A stretch of 63,632 nucleotides of DNA, counting the filler, from Octopus bimaculoides (taxonomy: Eukaryota): the NCBI RefSeq assembly GCF_001194135.2. It is 7 parts of 7 records of this genome, joined end to end, with 100 filler letters (N's around TTAATTAATTAA, not from the genome) between each part and the next. Parts side by side here need not be neighbours in the genome. Positions count along the whole stretch, not along the records: positions 22,857 to 53,598 come from NC_068986.1; 6 more parts are not named here. One strand, given 5' to 3'. Position numbers and translations under genes: made by a program. Under the pieces are notes generated by a model. That model was not told the origin of the DNA. It made no database searches and saw only the letters and a program-made list of their open reading frames with translations. Positions 26,993-40,206 of this stretch are shown here, piece after piece; position 1 is the first letter of the stretch, and each line of letters opens with the position of its first letter.

Positions 26993-27915
26993 ATTATTAT
27001 TCCACCGAGATATGAACTTTACCTTTCATCCTTCCAGCACTGGGGGTCAATGTAACAGCCCTATCCTCACTCCGAAAATTGCCAAAATTTGAAACTAATA
27101 TTAGCGATGAAAATGTTGATTTGATATTCCAACAAGTCTTTTAATGAAGTATTTAATTTAGTCGAATCATAGCAGGGAAGGCACTGGAAAAACAGTAGTA
27201 AATGTGTGTGTGAGTCTTCGTGTTTATGTCTGTCCCCCACCCACCACTTGACAACCGGTGTTGGTGTGTTTATATCCCCTTAAATTAGCAGTGCAGCAAA
27301 AGAGACAGATAGAATAAGTACTCGGATTTTAAAAAAAAGTACTGGGGTTAACAAAAAATTCTTCAAGGTAGTGTCCCATTATGACTACAGTCTAATGCAG
27401 CATTTCTCGACCGGGGGTTCCCTGGAACCCTAGGGTTCCACGAGAAAGACTGAGATAAGCTAATGCTAATTTCACGGTCGTAATATTACTATACATGCAC
27501 AACATATTATTGGTTATTGTAGTATAGACATCATCCTACCTAACCTATTATATTATCAAAAAATATAACAACCATTGGGGATATATTTAGTGATGTCTGT
27601 ATAGAGAGAAAGAGTAGATTGTTTGCCAACATAACATGGCAGTCCTGGTTTAGGACGAATGTTGCTGTAATTTAGCCGCAGGAGACATCATCTCCAGCTG
27701 GCTATACGACACGATCTGCGTCTTTATATTTTCAAGCAACGGCATTTAGCAGCCCCACTCAGCTCAAAACAATATCTGGGTATCACGATTTCCAGGTTAT
27801 TTCCCTTCATCGGCACAGAATAATTGTTTGGCTAGAGGTGGCGCTGCCAAATTTCTGTTCGAAATATATAGTTTTCAAAGTGACAACTAGTCACTGATCT
27901 ATAAAATAGAAAATC

Positions 27916-28175
27916 ACTATTTGTAAATCTCTCAACAAGAGATATTCAGCAATAGTACTCTAGAGTAAAGATTATTTGCCAACATAACATGGCAGCCCTG
28001 GTCTCGGACGAATGTTGCTGTAATTTAGCTGCAGGAGACATCATCTCCAGCTGGCTATACAACACGTTCTATGTCCTTATATTCTCAAACCAGGACTGCC
28101 ATGTTATGTTGGCAAACAATCTTTACTCTAGAGTACTGTTGCTGAATATCTCTCGTTGAGAGATTTACAAATAGT
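27916..28175. mobile_element. Foldback/MITE with 87-bp TIRs
   Basis: 27916-28002 is a near-perfect reverse complement of 28089-28175. A partial direct copy of the interior lies at about 27619-27740. Confidence 0.75.
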
Positions 28176-28254
28176 AATTATATATATATATCTNNNNNNN
28201 NNNTGCTGAATATCTCTCGTTGAGAGATTTACAAATAGTAATTATATATATATA

Positions 28255-28306
<52 letters not shown>

Positions 28307-29517
28307 TGTGATATCTGCTATAATGAAAAAATATAAGATATGGTATATAATTTTTTTGTACACAGGTTCCTTGAGATATGTAATTTATTTTAAGGGTTAC
28401 GCAAGAGTAAAAAGGTTGAGAAACAACCAGTCTAATGACTGAAACAAGTAAAAGATAAAAGATAGTAAATAATACTGTGAGCTGTGTCTTACTCTGAGTA
28501 ATATTTTTTTTTTTTAAGCAAGATTTAAATTTAAGCATTCTAACTACTAGACTTGTATGACAAGTAACCAGTCAATTTCACATTCCAAACTGTGTCAGTC
28601 TTTCAATTCGTAGACTGTCTGGTATTATTTTACAGCCTTGGAGCCATAAAAGAATCAGTCAACCTTCTGTTAAGTATGAATTTCAATGTTCTTACATTTG
28701 TGTCAACTTACCCACCCAAATTAAATAAAAGAAACAGCTGGAAGGAGCTAAATCAACAGACAGAACAATGATCACATAGACGCCCCGTGCCCCTTATAAT
28801 ACGCCTACCCAAACACAACTGAATAAATAGGTGTACATAATAATCAGTCATCATCATCATCATCATCATCATCCTCACCGTCGTTTAAAATCCACAATTC
28901 CATGCCTGCTTGGGTCAGACAGAATATGTTAAGGCAGATTATCTCCATCCAAGTCCCCTGCCTGTCACAAATTCTCACTTATTTCCAAGCAAGGTAATAT
29001 TTCCCCACAGCCAGATATATTTTACATGCAAGACTGGAAACAAACATTTATACTTATTTATCATAATCGTAAGATGTCAAATCAAGAGGGTACACACATG
29101 CACACACACATACGCACACATGACAGGCTTCTTCTGTCAGTTTCCATCTACCGAATCCACTCACAAGCCTTTGGTTGGCCCACGGCTATAGTAGAAGATA
29201 CTTCTTCAAAGTGATGCAAGTGACTTAGAGTACAGTAGTAACAGAAATTAAATTTTAACTTAAGAGCAAGTAAACCTTGTGTTTAGAGTGGAAAATACAA
29301 AAAGATTGATACAATTGAACTCTATAATGAGTTTAGAGTGTTGGACTGATGTTCACATAATTATCAGTTCAAACCTTTTATGCTGTACTCTTACACAAAT
29401 TATTGATAGGTTATTATGTCAGCCACAGATCTGTTAATGAACAAGAGGTACCACTTTCACCCTAAACTGGTAAGAAAAGGGATCTTTCTCTGAAAACAAA
29501 ACAATTACTCAACCAAT

Positions 29518-29895
29518 ATACATCATCATCGTTTAACGTCCGCTTTCCATGCTGGCATGGGTTGGACAGTTTGACTGAGGACTGGTGAGCCGGAAGGCTG
29601 CACCAGGCTCCAATCTGATCTGGCAAAGTTTCTACAGCTGGGTGCTCTTCTTAACGCCAACCACTCCGAGAGTGTAGTGGGTGCTTTTACGTGCCACCAG
29701 CATGAGAGGGCCAGTCAGACAGTTCTGGCAACGACCATGCTCAAAAGGTCTTTTTACATGCTATCTGCACGGGAGTCAGTCCGGCGGCACTGGCAACGAC
29801 ACGCTTGAATATTGTTTTTCACATGCTACAGGCACATGTGCCGGTAGGACGACACTGGCAACAATCATGCTCGAATGGTGCTTTCCACGCGTCAC
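29518..29895 (-). mobile_element. RTE-tail-type repeat family D (copies 41083-41232, 49520-49640, 52215-52560, 53280-53350)
   Basis: Recurring catcatcatcgtttaacgtccgctttccatgctggcatgggttggac...ttctacagctgg..cttcctaacgccaaccac, with a (GAT)n tail on the minus strand. Confidence 0.7.
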
Positions 29896-30261
29896 CGGCT
29901 AAATTATTGAAAAGTATTTGAACTAACATGGAGGTGCATGAGCTTGTGATTAGAGCGTTTGACTCATGGTCGTGAGATTGTGGTTTTGATTCCTGGACCA
30001 GGAGATGAATTGTGTTCTTGAGCAAAATACTTCATCCCACATGGTTCCAGTCTATTCAGCTGGTAAAAATGCGTAATCCTGTGATGGACTAGTGTGCTGT
30101 CCAAGGAGGGATATCTATGCCAGGGAAACTGGGAAACCAGTTCTATGCACCTTATAGAGTAATGTGGACAAACCATCCAGACTAACAAAATGGTTAAGTT
30201 GAAGATAAGCATTTTTCTTTTTCATCTTCTCTCTTATTTATTATTCAGATGCTAATATTAA

Positions 30262-32072
30262 CCCTTTAGTGTTTAGACCAGCCATAACCAGCCAAAAATT
30301 ATTCCTCTTTATTTGTTTGAACCGGCCAAATCCGGCTTATCTGATTTCTCTATAAAATCATCAAAAAAATTAAACAAATCACATAACTGAATTCTCGTAG
30401 CTTTGAGAATTCGAGATAAAGCCTTTCCCACCTTTATTCAAGTAAAAAATATCGTGAAATTTTTTAAACTTCTTGGGTTTTTCAATGTCTGAAGAGAAAT
30501 GTATATCTTAGTTTTTAGCGATACCGTGTCAGCAAGTAGCGATTCTGACTTCAAAGGTTTCACTTTTGATGTACAAAATATAAATGAAACAAGTGATTTG
30601 TCTTGAGACAAATCATATTGATATTTATGAATCTTCATTGGACAAGGAAAATTTTTGATAATGAAAGTGATAAACATTAAAGTGATGAAAATGATATTGG
30701 AAACATTACAGCAACAGGGTTGAAGATTACATCAACCAGAATTGCCGATTTCACAGAAAAGACTAGTCCACAATACAGTCTACCTCCCAATGCTCAACCA
30801 CTGGACTCTTTATTTTTACCAAAAAGTTTTTTGAAACTGTCATGGAAGAAATAAATGCTCAACGCATAATTTCTATTCATGGAAGACATGATTCACTATG
30901 GCAGCCAACTTATATTGTGAAAATGCGAGCTTTTTTTACTATAAACATTATGTTTGGTATCAAGCAGCTTCCTTAACTGTGGAACTACTGGAATCCTGAT
31001 ATAAGGTAATGGTGATCCATATATCTCCAGCATTATGTTGAACTATAGTCAATTCATATATTGTTTATGTAAAAGCCACAAGGTACCTCCGCCACCAAAG
31101 GACTAGAATCATTTGAAATTTTGGGTTGATATCATATCTCAGTTATGAGGGCTTTTCTTCCAGAAAGCACAGAACAGGGAGAAAAGCAAAATTAACTGAG
31201 GTGGATATCAACAGAGAAAATATTGACTTCCATAAAGTGGAAAAAAATAAATGGAAGGAAAAAATTTTGCAGACTGTGTTTGCTGCAAAAAGAGAAAAAC
31301 TGCAAAAAGGATATCAGGTTGAGACCTCATACATGTGTTCGTTTTGGACAGTTTCACGATTGAAATATGGCAAAACTATATTTTGTTGTTTGATAGTAAT
31401 ACTATCATATATTCCTTCATTTTATTACAAACAACATGTGAAAGTGAGAAATACACATTAATTTTCAGTATGTTACACACCTGTATTCACCTTTGCCTCA
31501 CCTGTTAATGAGTTTTTTTTTTATTAGATGCATTCGGTTATGTAAATGTATTCAATAAATTGTATAAGACCACACAGCCAATGATATATTGGCTAGTAAA
31601 AAAAATGTTGTACTTTATTTTCAATGAAAATGTTTGAATGAAATATAGAGAAAGAATAAAATCTTGTACCCATTATACTTGTATTTCAATTAATTCAAAT
31701 TAATGTACCACATCTTGAAAAATGGCAAAATTGTTGGCAGTTGACAACCAGGATAATTTCAATAACAAATCAAACAGGTAAGATGCATTAAGAATTTCAG
31801 TTTTAGTATTTATCCATAATGTTATTCTTTTACACCTGTCAATTAAATCTACCTGCCCATTAAAGTCAAATTTAATCAGCAAGATCAGCTAAAATCACAT
31901 AACTACAATCAACTGGTATAGAATCACCCACTGACAAAATTTAAAATCTGTATGTAAAAAATTAACAAAGTTACAAGCAAATATTGTGGACACCCCTCTT
32001 GAACCTGAATAATTCAAAATAACGTGAACAAATAAGCATTACATTTGACAGATTAATCTGAACTCTAAAGGG
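30262..32072 (+). mobile_element. Internally deleted piggyBac (PGBD4-like) element, TTAA TSD
   Basis: TTAA|ccctttagtgtttaga ... tctgaactctaaaggg|TTAA (14/16 TIR match). Contains the N-terminal relic PLDSLF...FETVMEEIN...WQPT...MRAFFTINIMFGIKQLP*LWNYW and the Cys-rich C-terminal relic GRKKFCRLC/GYQVETSYMC. The catalytic core is absent. Confidence 0.75.
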
Positions 32073-32236
32073 TTAAATAATCCATGATATTATAATTACT
32101 GCTTCAATTCAAAAGTATTCATATATTTCATATATAAGAGTTCAAATTTAGACAAACTGGTTACGTTAATACTAAAATCTGCAATATACAGTTGGCAACA
32201 TTTAATGTATATACTGGTTAATGAGTTTTTAATTAA

Positions 32237-32458
32237 CCCTTTCATTACCAGCCTGCCGGAAACTGCCTCTGGCTCTATAGTACAAACGTCTTGTTTTCAA
32301 AAGTTCTGAATTAAAATCTTCCACCAAACCTTAGTCACAATTTATGCTCCGAACACTAGCTTAATGATAACTTAGTTATTTTACTAAATTCCTTGTTATA
32401 TTTAAAATTAATTGACAGAAACACAGAGCATCTCAACAGAAATATGCTAAGAAAAGGG
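32237..32458. mobile_element. piggyBac-type MITE family P2 (second, truncated copy at 32775-32905)
   Basis: TTAA|ccctttcattacc ... aagaaaaggg|TTAA, 222 bp. Confidence 0.75.
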
Positions 32459-32527
32459 TTAATTAACACAAGAGGGTTAAGCAACAAAATAGAAATTATA
32501 TTTTTAGTAACAGTTTTTGATACATAC

Positions 32528-32595
32528 ATCATTGTAAGTTAACCATGTGTAAGGGGCAGTCTGATTTGGTCGCCACCCTAAGAGTTTTCCAGACA
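32528..32595 (-). CDS. ACSL1: ACSL third coding exon (68 nt)
   Basis: Acceptor tttctaattacag, donor gtatgt. Phase 1 in, giving (V)SGKLLGWRPNQTAPYTWLTYND, matching ACSL1 NNGPCLGSRKPDQPYEWLSYKQ. Phase 0 out. Confidence 0.9.
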
Positions 32596-33251
32596 CTGTA
32601 ATTAGAAATAAAAGAATTATTTAGATGGTATACTGCTTAAAAGAAAATTGAAAATATTACAATATAAAGAAGTTTTCATAGCTTGCAACATAGCAATTAG
32701 CCAGATCTACTGGACTTATTTCATAACTGAGGTGAATTTACTTTTCAACACTTTACCAGATGCTGATATTTTAACCCTTATGATATCAACCCACCTGAAA
32801 CTGCCTCTGGTTCTCTGATACAAACTTCTTGTTTTAGAGCGATTTAAATTAAAACCTTCCATCAAAATTTCATGTTAATTTATCTTCTAAACACCAGCTT
32901 AATAATTGCAAAGCTATTTTGTTTTCATTATTTTCCATTATTCTACTAGTCTCTTTTGCCAAACTGCTAAGTTACAGGGATATAAACAAACCAACACTGG
33001 TTGTCAAGTAGTAGGAGGGGGCCAAACACAAAGGCACATACACAGCAGGCTTCTTTCAGTTTCCATCTACCAAATCCAATCACAGGCTTTGGGACTATAA
33101 AAGAAGACACTTGCCCAAGGTGCCATGCAGTGGGACTGAACCCAAAACCAGGTGGTTGGGAAGCAAGCTTCTTAACCACACAGCCACACCTGCATCCATT
33201 TTGAAATATTCAGTGAATTTAAATAAATTTAAATAAATTACATCTACTTAC

Positions 33252-33360
33252 CAGACAGTGATGCTCCTTTTAACAATGCTTCATAAAGAGTTGTTACATC
33301 ATTGGAATTATTTATATTTGAACTCTCTGGCATTACAGATTTCCTGATTTTTTCTCTGCC
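33252..33360 (-). CDS. ACSL1: ACSL second coding exon (109 nt)
   Basis: Acceptor tctttaatttcag, donor gtaagt. Translates GREKIRKSVMPESSNINNSNDVTTLYEALLKGASLS+G, matching ACSL1 DDVTTLYEGFQRGIQVS. Phase 0 in, phase 1 out. Confidence 0.9.
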
Positions 33361-33613
33361 CTGAAATTAAAGAATTAAATTCAGTCAAGAATCCAACAGG
33401 ATATAACAACAAAAAGAAAAGAGTAAAAATTTCTAAGATTTCCAGTTTAAAGGCTAATCCTAATTCTTCATGTGAAACATTCCTGAAACACTTTAATTGA
33501 TTATCATTTTAATCCTCTATCTTACTTGTTTTAGTCATTGGGCTGCGACCATGCTGGGACACCGCCTTGATGGGTTTTAGTCAAACAAATTACCCCTAGT
33601 GCTTACATCTTAA

Positions 33614-33834
33614 CCCTTTAACATTTAAACCGATCATACCTGGCCCAGATATTCTACTTGTTTTAGGTTCAAACTGGCCAGATCAGGTCTCTCACACCCT
33701 ACCCTACAATGTCATTCTAAAAATAAACAGTCACATCTTTGAAATCTCAAATTTACAAGATAATGCATGATTAATTCCAAGCAGTGTGGATAAATAAGTT
33801 TTACATTTCACAGAATAATCTAAATTCTAAAGGG
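33614..33834. mobile_element. piggyBac-type MITE family P1 (TTAA TSD)
   Basis: TTAA|ccctttaacattta ... taaattctaaaggg|TTAA, 221 bp. Confidence 0.8.
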
Positions 33835-34510
33835 TTAAAGACAGGTATTTATTCACTTATTCCATCAATTCTTTTGCTGAACTGCTATGTTTGGGGGGGA
33901 ATAAGTAAAACAACACTAGTTACCCAGCAGCAGTGATCAGGGAGGGTGACAAATACAGACACATGCAGATATACACAATGAGCTTCCACACAGTTTTCAT
34001 CCACTAATTTTACTCACAAGGGCTATAGAAGAAGACACTTGTCCAAGGTGCCATGCAGTGGGACTGAACCTAAAATCACTTAACCACACAGCCAATGTCT
34101 GCTTTTCCAAACTTGCATTGGTCAGGGTTTGTTGAGGCAGATTTTCTACTGCCAGATGCCCTTCTTTTCACCAGCTTTCCCCATGGCCAGGCATGTTTAT
34201 ATAGAAGATTGGAAACGAACACAGCTTGCATGACAGTAACATTTGTATGTCAGTGGCACTTGTTTATAACTGTGAGATTTCAAGACAAGGAGACACAAAC
34301 ACACACACATTCATGTACTCACTCACACACACCACATTTATACATAAATTACACATACATACATAAATCACCCGCACATACCACATACATACATAAATCA
34401 CACATATATACCACATACATACATAAAACACATACACACACCACATACATAAAACACACACACACACACCACATACATAAAACATCCACTCACACACCAC
34501 ATACATATAT

Positions 34511-34602
34511 AAATCACACACACAAACACACATAAATCACACACACAAACACACATAAATCACACACACAAACACACATAAATCACACACACAAACACAC
34601 AT
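34511..34602 (+). repeat. 23-bp minisatellite x4 (aaatcacacacacaaacacacat), with degenerate CA-rich units upstream from about 34340
   Basis: Exact repeats start at 34511, 34534, 34557 and 34580. Confidence 0.9.
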
Positions 34603-35405
34603 ATCATTGGCTTCTCTCATTTTCCAACTTCACCAACAGCCCAGAGCTATAGTAGAAGAGGCTTGTTCAAGGTGCCATGCAGCAGGACTGAACTTAAAAC
34701 CATATGGTTGGAAAGCAAACTTCATAACCATTCAGCCATACCTGCACCTATCCAAATGAGAAAGTAATATTCCATTTTTCCATGACAGCCCAATTCAATA
34801 ACACTGGCAATTTGTTTGCATATAAATAGATTTTACCTATTTATTTATTGAAATTATCACTCCCATTTCCCCAAACTATTGATTATTATTAACAGCCATC
34901 ACTTACGTCATCCACCTCAATTACTATCCATGACGCTCTACCACCTTTTCACTCCAATCACTGTCATTGTACGGTTACTATCTTCAATTACAAGCCACTC
35001 TTATTCCACTTCTATTGTCATTCTCTTTTCTGTCTACCCTCTTAGTCACTTGCCCTGAACAGTCAAACATACTATAGAATAGAGCCTTTAGTCTTTTGTA
35101 ATACAAGGTAAACTCACTAGTGCTGGTGCCACAATAAAATGCACTCAATACATACAGTAAAGGTGGTTGCTGATAGGAAGTGCATTCAACGGTAGAAACC
35201 AGGCCAAAATGAAACATGACTAAGGCATGGGTCCTCCAACACAGCTACAATGTCAGTAAACTCCAAATCAAAACTAACTCAAACTATGACAGTCTATCTT
35301 ACCCAATACCAATATGGAAAGCATCCATAGAACAATGGTGGTGGCAGTGATGATGGTGATAGCAATAATGGTGATGTTGATGATAATGATCAAGATGATG
35401 ATGAC

Positions 35406-35437
<32 letters not shown>

Positions 35438-36222
35438 CAATGGGTATTTTTGCTTAGAAAAAATGTTCAGAAGAAAGTAAACTTTGGACATACCAAAGAT
35501 ATCAATTTATTAAAAACATAAATTTATTTTTTTTATTTTAATTAATATTATGCATTAATTTAATTACACATCTAATATTTTAAGCAGAGAGATGTCACAA
35601 ATGCTTCTTTATGTAACATGAAATGTGTGTGTGTGTGTGTGTGTGGTTAAGAAGTTCACTTCTCAACTATATGGTTTCGGGTTCAATCCCACAGAAAGGC
35701 ACCCAGAGTATGTCTTCTACTATAGTTTCATACAGACCAAAGCCATTTAAAGGATTTGCTATGAGAAAACTGAAAGAAACCTGTCCATGAGAACTGTGAA
35801 GAGTGAGTGTCACCATCATACAAGCAGTGTCGTTCTCTTTTCATCTCTCATGGAGAAATATTACCTTGCTCTGAAACAATTGAGGGCTGGTAACACAAAG
35901 GGCACTTGGTTATAGAACATCTACCTCAATGACATTCTGTCTCGCCCATGCAAGCATGGAAAGGTGGACAGCAAAACGATGATGATGATGATGATGATGA
36001 TATTCGTGTATTTTATCATAAGTGCAATGGTCTGTGTAACAATAGATTTACATATAAGCCAGTAAACGTTGGGTGTTTTCCAATAAAGGACAAAGCAAAC
36101 AGGCTTGGCATTCTCCAGATCCAATCAATTAGGATAGTGTGAAGTATTGTGGAATATTCCAAAGATTCTCAATTTGAGCTTCCTGGAACAAACATATACA
36201 CACAATTACCCATGTGTATATG

Positions 36223-36262
<40 letters not shown>

Positions 36263-36401
36263 ACACAAAGTAATCGAGCACATTCATGAACTAAAGTGAC
36301 ACATAAATCTGTTACATGTGTGAAAGTATATCCACACACACGTGTTTATTCAGTTATTTCTACATCCATTTTACTGCGCTAACATGAGTTAGATGAATAT
36401 A

Positions 36402-36560
36402 CAGGGTGCGGTAGAAGTAATGCCCTTTTGTATTTGAGTTTTCTAGTTTCTAATTGAATTTCTTCTTTATTTCCTAAAACTCCTGCGATTTTTTTCATTA
36501 GTTTATTATTCATGTCTTTAAGTAATGCAATAAAATGGATGTTACTTCTGTTACACCCTG
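36402..36560. mobile_element. Tc1/mariner-type MITE (CAGGGTG termini, TA TSD)
   Basis: TA|cagggtgcggtagaagtaa ... ttacttctgttacaccctg|TA, 159 bp. Confidence 0.75.
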
Positions 36561-37721
36561 TATATTATTAAGGTACTGTATTTACAGCCAGATGTCCTAT
36601 TGCTAACTCTTACATGTTCTACAAGTAAGGGATTTCTCATTTCACATTATTTCAAAAGTAAAAAGCTAAGGCTGACAAGGAAATCACAAGCTTCACTGCT
36701 TGTAAATCACAGTGGTTTCATGCAAAGTGCAGAGGATATAAACAGACCACGTATGTACAGACACACAACTCACATACATATTCATTCCTAATCCATTCCA
36801 ATCACCCCTAACCCTCTCTTCTAAAACATGAAGTAGTCATGTAACCTTTCTACAGCAAAAAAAAAGACCCGTTCAGGCTTTCATGCTTTAACCCTTCATC
36901 TCCTAGCATAAAGCTATCTCTCTCAGGATTTGTAGTTTCACAATCTATATGATGACTTCGCTAGTGCTGGTAGCATGAAAAAAGCAACCCAATTGTATAG
37001 TAGTTGGCTTTAGGAAGGGCATCAGGCAGTAGAAACCAAACCAAAGTAGATAATGGCTATTCTGACTGCCCTCAATCAGGGCAGCCAGGAAAATCTACTG
37101 AAAGAATGGACGGATATATTTAGAACAGAAAGATGACTGCAGTTGATATTTTAAACAAAGTTTAACAGAAATACCATTTGTAGATTGTGTCACTACAATC
37201 AAAAATTTACTATAGCAGTTCGGACTTATTGGAGGCGTTATATGTTAAAAAAAAAAACCGAGGTGCCCACATTCAGTTTGCTTATGAACATAAGAACTGG
37301 ACATCAACAAACTGCTCAGAAATCTTGTAATCAGGTGATTCAAACATTAATGGGTTTGGCTTTGATGACCAAGTGTACATTTAACATAATAAAGAAGGAT
37401 TTGACACAGTTAATCCAACAGTTAAATATAGTAGTATCAAGTCCTCCATGTGTGTTAGGCTCCCTGAGATACCACTGCATCATCTGTGCAACCTTAGCTT
37501 ACATTAAGATACAATGTATGGTATTCTATATATATATTTTTTGACACATCCTAGATGTCATTGTAATCTTGCTGTCTTTCATGCTAAAAAGTTTGTCTTT
37601 GCTAGGATGCCTTTAAATTTTATTCACTGCACGTCTTGCTTTGTCTCGAATCCTGTGACAGCTTGAGCTATGAGAATTCGGTTATCAACAAAGAGAAGTT
37701 CCCACAGGAAACCATTTTAAA

Positions 37722-37938
37722 CCCTTCAGCACTAAAATAGTCATATCCGGTCCTCATACTGTACCTGTTTTATATTCAGACAGGTTAGGCCTAGTCACTC
37801 ACATATACTAACCATGTTATTCTAAAAATAGGCAATCTCATCATGGAAATTATCTAAGTTACAAGATAATACATGATGAATTGAAAACAATGAATAAATG
37901 AGAATTATATTTGACATAATAACCTGAAAGCTAAAGAG
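37722..37938. mobile_element. piggyBac-type MITE family P1, degraded copy
   Basis: Collinear similarity to 33614-33834, ending in aagag|TTAA. Confidence 0.6.
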
Positions 37939-37944
37939 TTAAAC

Positions 37945-38290
37945 TACTCTGTGATAGTCTGGAGAACTATAGTATACAGAAGATAGCTGAGAACTGACCC
38001 CTGATGAACTGCAATTTGCAGGCTAAATTCCTTGTTGATCTCGTTACTAATACTCACACTACAACAGCATGTGTGTACATGGTTTGCAACGTTCTGGCAT
38101 GCTGTCCATGTATGCCTAGTTTTCCTATTGACCACAGGACAGAGTATGATAACCTGTCAAAAATCATTTGTAGGTCAACAAAGGCTTGGTTGCTAAAACC
38201 TTTTGCTCCAGAGACAGGCCATCAGAAGTATCCTGTCCTGGTATAAATCTTGACTGCATCTCATCTAAACTAAATTTTCTTCCTGATTAC
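37945..38290 (-). mobile_element. RTE-like LINE reverse transcriptase fragment
   Basis: DEMQSRFIPG...AFVDLQMIFDR...IAVHQGSVLSYLLYTIVLQTIT, RT motifs with frameshifts. Confidence 0.7.
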
Positions 38291-39359
38291 TCAAGTTAAA
38301 CCAGTTGAAAAGATTGTTGAAAGGCTTATCTCTTATACTGATTGTATCTTAATGCATTTCATACACATATATACATAATAAGCCATATAACCATTATCAT
38401 CATTTAATGTCCATGATTTATCCTGGCATGGTTGGACAGTTTGACAGCAACTGATGAATCCAAGGACTGCATTGTGCTGTTTGGCATGGTCAATTTGGCT
38501 GGATGTCCTTCCTAACACCAAGCACTTTATAGCATGTGCTAGAGGCATTTTTCATGTCACTGACACTAATTTATATACATATATTTATATATACATGCCA
38601 GCATGGAAGGCAGACATTAAATTACGATGATGATGATACATATTTTTGAAATATTTATAAAACTGGGAAGAGCAAAATTCTTTCTAGTGGTAGATACAAA
38701 AAGAATACTTGAAAAAATACAGAATTTTAACATCAGTGTTTCTTATTCGCACACCCATGGTTCTCTGAATTGCATACAGTCTAATAAAACTATTCTTTAT
38801 GCTACATACTATATAAATGGACATTTTATACCAGTAATAAGACTTGGAAACAATCAGTTCCTTCCTAATTAATAATACTGATTTATAGTTGTCTAAATAT
38901 TTACCATCTAAAAGCTAGTGGGAGACAACCATCACAGAGACATCTTTCTCATTCAAATGTTTTCCTCCCAATGATAAATGCTTCTATCTCTCAAAGTTTG
39001 TGTAATCACACACACACACACACAAAAAGTTATTGATCAAGTATCTATGTTGTAATAAGGAACTGACTGAATGTCATTGATCCTATACTTGTCTATCTTG
39101 TTTTCTGGTCAGAAAAGAAAATCAATCAGGTTTCTCGTCTCACCTGACAGGTGAGTAAGCAGCTACTTAACTGATTTTATCAATGTTAGAGCTAAGATTA
39201 ATAATAGAGAAGGTGGCTTGAAATTAGCTTAAAATTACAGCTTTAACTCTAAATGATTCCACAAAGACACAGGCATGGCTGTGCCTGTTAAGAAGCTTCA
39301 TTTCCAACCACATGGTTTCAAGTTCAGTGTCACTGCATGGTACCTTGGGAAAGTATCTT

Positions 39360-40206
39360 TTATCACATATATTCTACCTCTTTTATGTTGAAACTGATGA
39401 GATCTGTCTGGCCTCACAATTTTCTATAATGCTGTTCTCAGAAATAAACAATCACATCATCGAAATCTCAAAGTTACGAGTTTGTGCATGATGAATATAA
39501 AATTAAGCCTTTCTACTATAGATGCAAGGCCTAATATTTGGGGGTAGAGGACTAACCAATTTCATCAACCCCCAGTATTTGACTGGTACTTAATTTATCG
39601 ACTCTGAAAGAATGAAAAGCAAAGCTGACCCTAGCAAATTTGAACTCAGAACATAAAAGACAGATGAAATGCTGTTGAGCATTTTGCCCAGCATATGAAC
39701 AATTCTGCCAGGTCACCATCTTTGATAAATTTGAAATAATCCTTTCTATTATAGGCACAGGGCCTGAAATTTGGGGGAAGGGGATAGTTGATTACATCGA
39801 CCCCAGTACTCAACTGGTGCTTAATCTATTAACCCCAAAAGGATGAAAGTCGACCTCAGTGGAATTTGAACTCAGAACATAGCAATGGGTGAACTACTGC
39901 TAAGCATTTTGTCCAGTGCACTAACAATTCTTTTCTACTATAGTCACAAAGCCTGAAATTTGTGGGAGGGGGCCAGTCGATTAGATCAACTCCAGAACAC
40001 AACTGGTAATTAATTTATTGGGCCCGAAAGGATGAAAGGCAAAGTCAACATTGGCAGAATTTGAACTCAGAACATAAAGACAGACAAAATACCACAAGCA
40101 TTTTGCCCGGCATGCTAACGATTCTGCCAGCTGGGCACCTTATAAATTTGAAATAATGTGATTAAATAAGTATTACATTTGACTGAGTAATCTGAATGCT
40201 ACAGGG
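39360..40206. mobile_element. P1 MITE split by three SINE monomers
   Basis: MITE interior at 39360-39500. Right end aataagtattacatttgac...ctacaggg|TTAA at 40160-40210. Confidence 0.6.

Noticed and set aside
27398-27460. hAT-like terminus cagcatttctcgaccgggggttcc (similar at about 42189)
   Set aside because: No matching second terminus or 8-bp TSD was found.
31836-31930. Minus-strand cag|TGG GTG ATT (WVI...), resembling a later ACSL exon start
   Set aside because: In-frame TGA after 11 codons, no PLYDTLG, and it lies inside the piggyBac relic.
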